Assembly: GCA_965202585.1 (NCBI GenBank)
Contig: OZ241829.1
Span: 33,232,001-33,296,000, forward strand
DNA: 64,000 nucleotides
Reading direction: 5' to 3'
Source: Thalia democratica
Lineage: Eukaryota
Shown here: one piece after another, positions 60,201 through 64,000 of the stretch
Numbering within the stretch: the stretch's first letter is position 1
How the letters are laid out: every line of letters begins with the position of its first letter
Translations under genes and position numbers: made by a program
The notes under the pieces: generated by a model
Database searches by the model: none
The model's input: only the letters and a program-made list of their open reading frames with translations
Told to the model about the DNA's origin: nothing

Positions 60201-63018
60201 TGAAGTATTACTATTTTTAGTTATAACTTTTAAATAAGTTAATTTTAACTTTTTATTGTTAATGGTTAAAATTTAACTAAATTAAATTCTTTCTAAAAAG
60301 ATCTCCTTCATGTTTTTACAACTAAAACTTACTTTGTCCTTAATTTTCAATAACTTGTTTCATATTTTTAGGAAATGTAGTATGCACTATTTGCAAAACT
60401 CTTTCAATTATATATGACATAAGTACAAAATACAAACTTTTCGTTTATATATTCTTAAGATTAAAGATAATTTAATGGAAATTAAGAAAAAACTACATTA
60501 TAATTGCTTTTTATTAGGTTAGAAATAGACTTATAATATTCAAAAACGTTTTTTTTTTAATTTAGCAGAAGATTTATTTAAAAAAAGTAACTTTGTTAAC
60601 CTTTGTCAGTTAGTTTTACATAATAAAACATGATGAACTCTATAATTTGAAACTTTACATCTCAAAAAGTAGTTTGAGATTTACTCGAAGTTTTAACCTT
60701 CGATCCTTATGGTTCAATTAATTTAAAATGATCTTCTATCATTAGTATTGTTTAGATAAAAAAGTACAAATAACAAACCACAACATTTAACTTCGCTTTG
60801 AATTAAAAATAAATATATAAAATTTGCTATCTAGATTGTCCAAAAGATTCCTTTACTCTTCTAAATGGAAATGCTTCAAAAACTCAACAACATAGCGCTT
60901 GGAATCAGACATCTATTTACAAATGTAGTGACAAGTATACACTTGATCCAGCAGATAACAACAAGAGAGATTGTGTTGAGAACGGCTTGTGGGTAGGAGA
61001 TGTAGGAACTTGTTATCCTGGTGAGAAAATCGATTCTAAAAAATTGTGAAATTTAACTGAATAAATCATATATATCAACACTTTTAAATTTAAGATAAAA
61101 CACGTATAAGTAGAAAAAATATTACATGTTTTGTGAATATACAAAGTTTTATTTACAAATAATGCCCATTTTGTGCAATAATGTATTAGAAACAAATCAT
61201 GTTATGTCCAAAAACCTACATTATTTTCTTTACCATTTAAAAAAAAATGTTTTCACTGTAGACTTTAAATAGTCTGACATTATGATTGTTTTTTATTACG
61301 TTAAGATTAGAATGAAAATGTTTGAAAATGATTGTTTAAAACTGTAGGAGAAATTGTATGTTTTATTAAAAATCTTTTCACAGATTGCGAATATATGAAA
61401 GTGATTAATGCCAAAACATATATAAAAGGCGAAAGTGAAATCATTACTCGTTCTGTACCTTACAAAACCGAATTGACTTACATTTGCAACAGTGGTTACA
61501 GTCCTACCGATGCTCAAGAGGTCAATTGTGGCAATGATGGTAATATTGACATTTCTGGCGTTAGATGCTACCCAGGTACATTTTAACTTTTTGATTGTTT
61601 TGGCATTTTATTAAAACAAGTGTGGAATAGATAAGTATTTCACTGAAGTATTACTATTTTTAGTTATAACTTTTAAATAAGTTAATTTTAACTTTTTATT
61701 GTTAATGTTTAAAATTTAACTAAATTAAATTCTTTCTAAAAACATCTCCTTCATGTTTTTACAACTAAAACTTATTTTGTCCTTAATTTTTAATATATTT
61801 TTTCATATATTTAGGAAATGTACTATGCACTATTTGCAAAACTCTTTCAATTATATATGACATAAGTACAAAATACAAACGTTTCGTTTATATATTCTTA
61901 AGATTAAAGATAATTTCATGGAAAATAAGAAAAAAATACATTACCATTGCTTTTTATTAGGTTAGAAATAGACTTATAATATTCAAAAACGTTTTTTTTA
62001 AATTTAGCAGAAGATCTATTTAAAAAAAGTGACTTTGTTAACCGTTGTCAGTTAGTTTTACATAATAAAACCTGATGAACTCTATAATTTGAAACTTTAC
62101 ATCTCAAAAAGTAGTTTGAGATTTACTCGAAGTTTTAACCTTCGATCCTTATGGTTCAATTAATTTAAAATGATCTTCTATCATTAGTATTGTTTAGATA
62201 AAAAAGTACAAATAACAAACCACAACATTTAACTTCGCTTTGAATTAAAAATAAATATATAAAATTTGCTATCTAGATTGTCCAAAAGATTCCTTTACTC
62301 TTCTAAATGGAAATGCTTCAAAAACTCAACAACATAGCGCTTGGAATCAGACATCTATTTACAAATGTAGTGACAAGTATACACTTGATCCAGCAGATAA
62401 CAACAAGAGAGATTGTGTTGAGAACGGCTTGTGGGTAGGAGATGTAGGAACTTGTTATCCTGGTGAGAAAATCGATTCTAAAAAATTGTGAAATTTAACT
62501 GAATAAATCATATATATCAACACTTTTAAATTTAAGATAAAACACGTATAAGTAGAAAAAAGATTACATGTTTTGTGAATATACAAAGTTTTATTTACAA
62601 ATAATGCCCATTTTGTGCAATAATGTATTAGAAACAAATCATGTTATGTCCAAAAACCTACATTATTTTCTTTACCATTTAAAAAAAAAATGTTTTCACT
62701 GTAGACTTTAAATAGTCTGACATTATGATTGTTTTTTATTACGTTAAGATTAGAATGAAAATGTTTGAAAATGATTGTTTAAAACTGTAGGAGAAATTGT
62801 ATGTTTTATTAAAAATCTTTTCACAGATTGCGAATATATGAAAGTGATTAATGCCAAAACATATATAAAAGGCGAAAGTGAAATCATTACTCGTTCTGTA
62901 CCTTACAAAACCGAATTGACTTACATTTGCAACAGTGGTTACAGTCCTACCGATGCTCAAGAGGTCAATTGTGGCAATGATGGTAATATTGACATTTCTG
63001 GCGTTAGATGCTACCCAG
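30222..63018 (+). CDS. Giant multi-Sushi (CCP/SCR) domain protein, at least 48 CCP modules; 3' end not in window
   Basis: Putative first coding exon 30222-30272 (MKCSPCHLVDVVWQIML, low confidence), then 18 unique and 30 tandem CCP exons. All are phase 1-1, 183-219 nt, each with 4 Cys. No terminal exon or TM segment seen. Confidence 0.9.
30536..41484 (+). CDS. 18 unique Sushi/CCP exons (S1-S18)
   Basis: 30536-30727, 31407-31589, 32012-32209, 32526-32729, 34050-34241, 34607-34813, 35105-35302, 35528-35728, 35932-36129, 36373-36576, 37268-37468, 37682-37879, 38729-38929, 39121-39330, 39756-39941, 40155-40373, 40820-41017, 41287-41484. Each is open in frame with the C..C..C..(W)..C pattern. Confidence 0.92.
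30986..31028 (-). ncRNA. Minimal type I hammerhead ribozyme, antisense in the S1-S2 intron, U16.1 replaced by C (probably inactive)
   Basis: Minus strand: GGCTGA-CTGATGA-GTCCT aata AGGAC-GAAA-CCGG-C-C-TCAGTC. Stems I and II are well paired; stem III would be palindromic ACCGGT but reads ACCGGC. Confidence 0.8.
33883..33920 (+). pseudogene. Truncated relic copy of the 5' end of exon S5
   Basis: TAAGAATGTAACGAAAACCCAGAGGTGGCAA vs CAGAATGCAACGAAACACCAGAGGTGGCAA at 34047; the upstream intron sequence is also similar. Confidence 0.75.
38379..38480 (+). repeat. Short dispersed repeat family, copy 6 (intronic)
   Basis: GGTGGTGCACGACTCGATAACCGAAAGG..CAGGTCCTTAG..GAGCGC..TCGTTCAATAAAC. Confidence 0.8.
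42080..63018 (+). CDS. 30 tandem Sushi exons: 15 x exon A (186 nt) and 15 x exon B (192 nt)
   Basis: A starts: 42080, 43523, 44967, 46410, 47845, 49289, 50733, 52176, 53618, 55062, 56506, 57949, 59392, 60835, 62277 (DCPKDSFTLLNGNASKTQQHSAWNQTSIYKCSDKYTLDPADNNKRDCVENGLWVGDVGTCYP). B starts: 42630, 44073, 45517, 46960, 48395, 49839, 51283, 52725, 54168, 55612, 57056, 58499, 59941, 61384, 62827 (DCEYMKVINAKTYIKGESEIITRSVPYKTELTYICNSGYSPTDAQEVNCGNDGNIDISGVRCYP). All AG/GT sites appear intact. Confidence 0.93.
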
Positions 63019-63880
63019 GTACATTTTAACTTTTTGATTGTTTTGGTATTTTATTAAAACAAGTGTGGAATAGATAAGTATTTCACTGAAGTATTACTAT
63101 TTTTAGTTATAACTTTTAAATAAGTTAATTTTAACTTTTTATTGTTAATGATTAAAATTTAACTAAATTAAATTCTTTCTAAAAACATCTCCTTCATGTT
63201 TTTACAAAGTTAGAAACTAGTTTGAAAGCTAAAATATTATATAGTTTAAACCACTTTTTATAAAACATTTAAATTTTAATTACTTTTAGAGTTATAGTCA
63301 GTTTAGTAGAAAGTTTCAAAAATAGACTGACAAAAAATTATTTTCCATTGCCGACTTCCTTAATATGTTGAAATTTTCTTAAAATCGATTTTGTCCTTTT
63401 TTTTTTTTATAACTTAATTCAAATTTTTAGGAAATATACTTTGCATTTTTTGTAAAACTTGTACAATGAAAAAAACTATGACATAAGTTTAAAACACAAC
63501 CGTTTCGTTTATATATTCTTAAGATTAAAGATATTTTCATAGAAAAAAATACATTATCATTGCTTTTTACTAAACTAGAAATAGACTGGTAGTATTTGAA
63601 AACGTTTTTCTTTTAACTTTAGCAGAAAATATATTTTAAAAAAATCTTTTTTAATCTTTATCTGTTAGTCCCTACGTAACAAAACTTGTTGAAATCTATA
63701 CTTTAAAACGTTATATCTCAAATATGCGTTTAAAATTAACTTGAAGTTTTAACCTTCAATGCTTATAGTTCAATTAACTTAACATGACTTTTAAACCTTA
63801 GTATTGTTTAGATGAAAAAGTACACAAAAAAAATTACAACTTTTAACATATTTTTTGATTAAAAAAAATATACAAAATTT

Positions 63881-63900
63881 GCTATCTATATTTTCCATCG
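63881..63900 (+). pseudogene. Dead 16th copy of exon A (acceptor lost, exon truncated)
   Basis: GCTATCTATATTTTCCATCG in place of GCTATCTAGATTGTCCAAAA: AG is AT, the Cys codon TGT is TTT, and homology ends within about 10 nt. Confidence 0.8.
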
Positions 63901-64000
63901 ATTTTAACATTTTTCTTTGTTAATTCTTAAATTTTTATATATTTGATTCATTTTACTTAATTTTTAGTATCACTGTTACCCCTAACTCTTACCCTTGGTC

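Larger units (their letters stand above)
41905..63900 (+). repeat. Intragenic tandem array: 15 complete ~1,443-bp units (exon A + 364-bp intron + exon B + ~700-bp intron) with diverged flanks
   Basis: Unit spacings from the ORF track: 1443, 1444, 1443, 1435, 1444, 1444, 1442, 1443, 1444, 1444, 1443, 1442, 1443, 1443. Confidence 0.97.

Noticed and set aside
42258-62960. Recurrent minus-strand ORFs (MFLIHYCTK.., MSIGRTVTT..) and the MFKTVGEIV N-terminal extension
   Set aside because: These are antisense or intronic frames that recur only because the DNA unit is repeated; the real exons are delimited by AG/GT on the plus strand.
63970-64000. CCCTAA-like telomeric words at the window end
   Set aside because: Only one or two imperfect units; not an array.

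Overview
AT-rich animal genomic DNA with GT-AG introns. The gene content suggests an invertebrate, possibly a tunicate, but that is inference. 1-3.2 kb: two 99%-identical direct repeats (LTR-like) enclosing a GC-rich 43-bp minisatellite. 3.4-12.4 kb: a Penelope-like retroelement (PLE) remnant with a hammerhead ribozyme, an intact 6-exon divergent actin-like gene (-, 372 aa) and an intact 4-exon Sulfotransfer_4-type sulfotransferase gene (-, 269 aa). 16-30 kb: transposon-rich, with three more PLE remnants, a second hammerhead, a short dispersed repeat family, LINE RT fragments and a 3.1-kb hAT element with a perfect 8-bp TSD. 30-64 kb: one very large + strand gene built only of phase-1/phase-1 exons, each encoding one Sushi/CCP module. 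It has 18 unique modules, including an old six-module internal duplication. These are followed by 15 near-identical 1,443-bp two-exon units (30 more modules) with a 4-unit higher-order pattern in the intron variants and diverged or dead copies at both edges. A third, probably mutated, hammerhead lies antisense in an early intron. All exon boundaries, variant calls and counts were read by eye and need computational confirmation.
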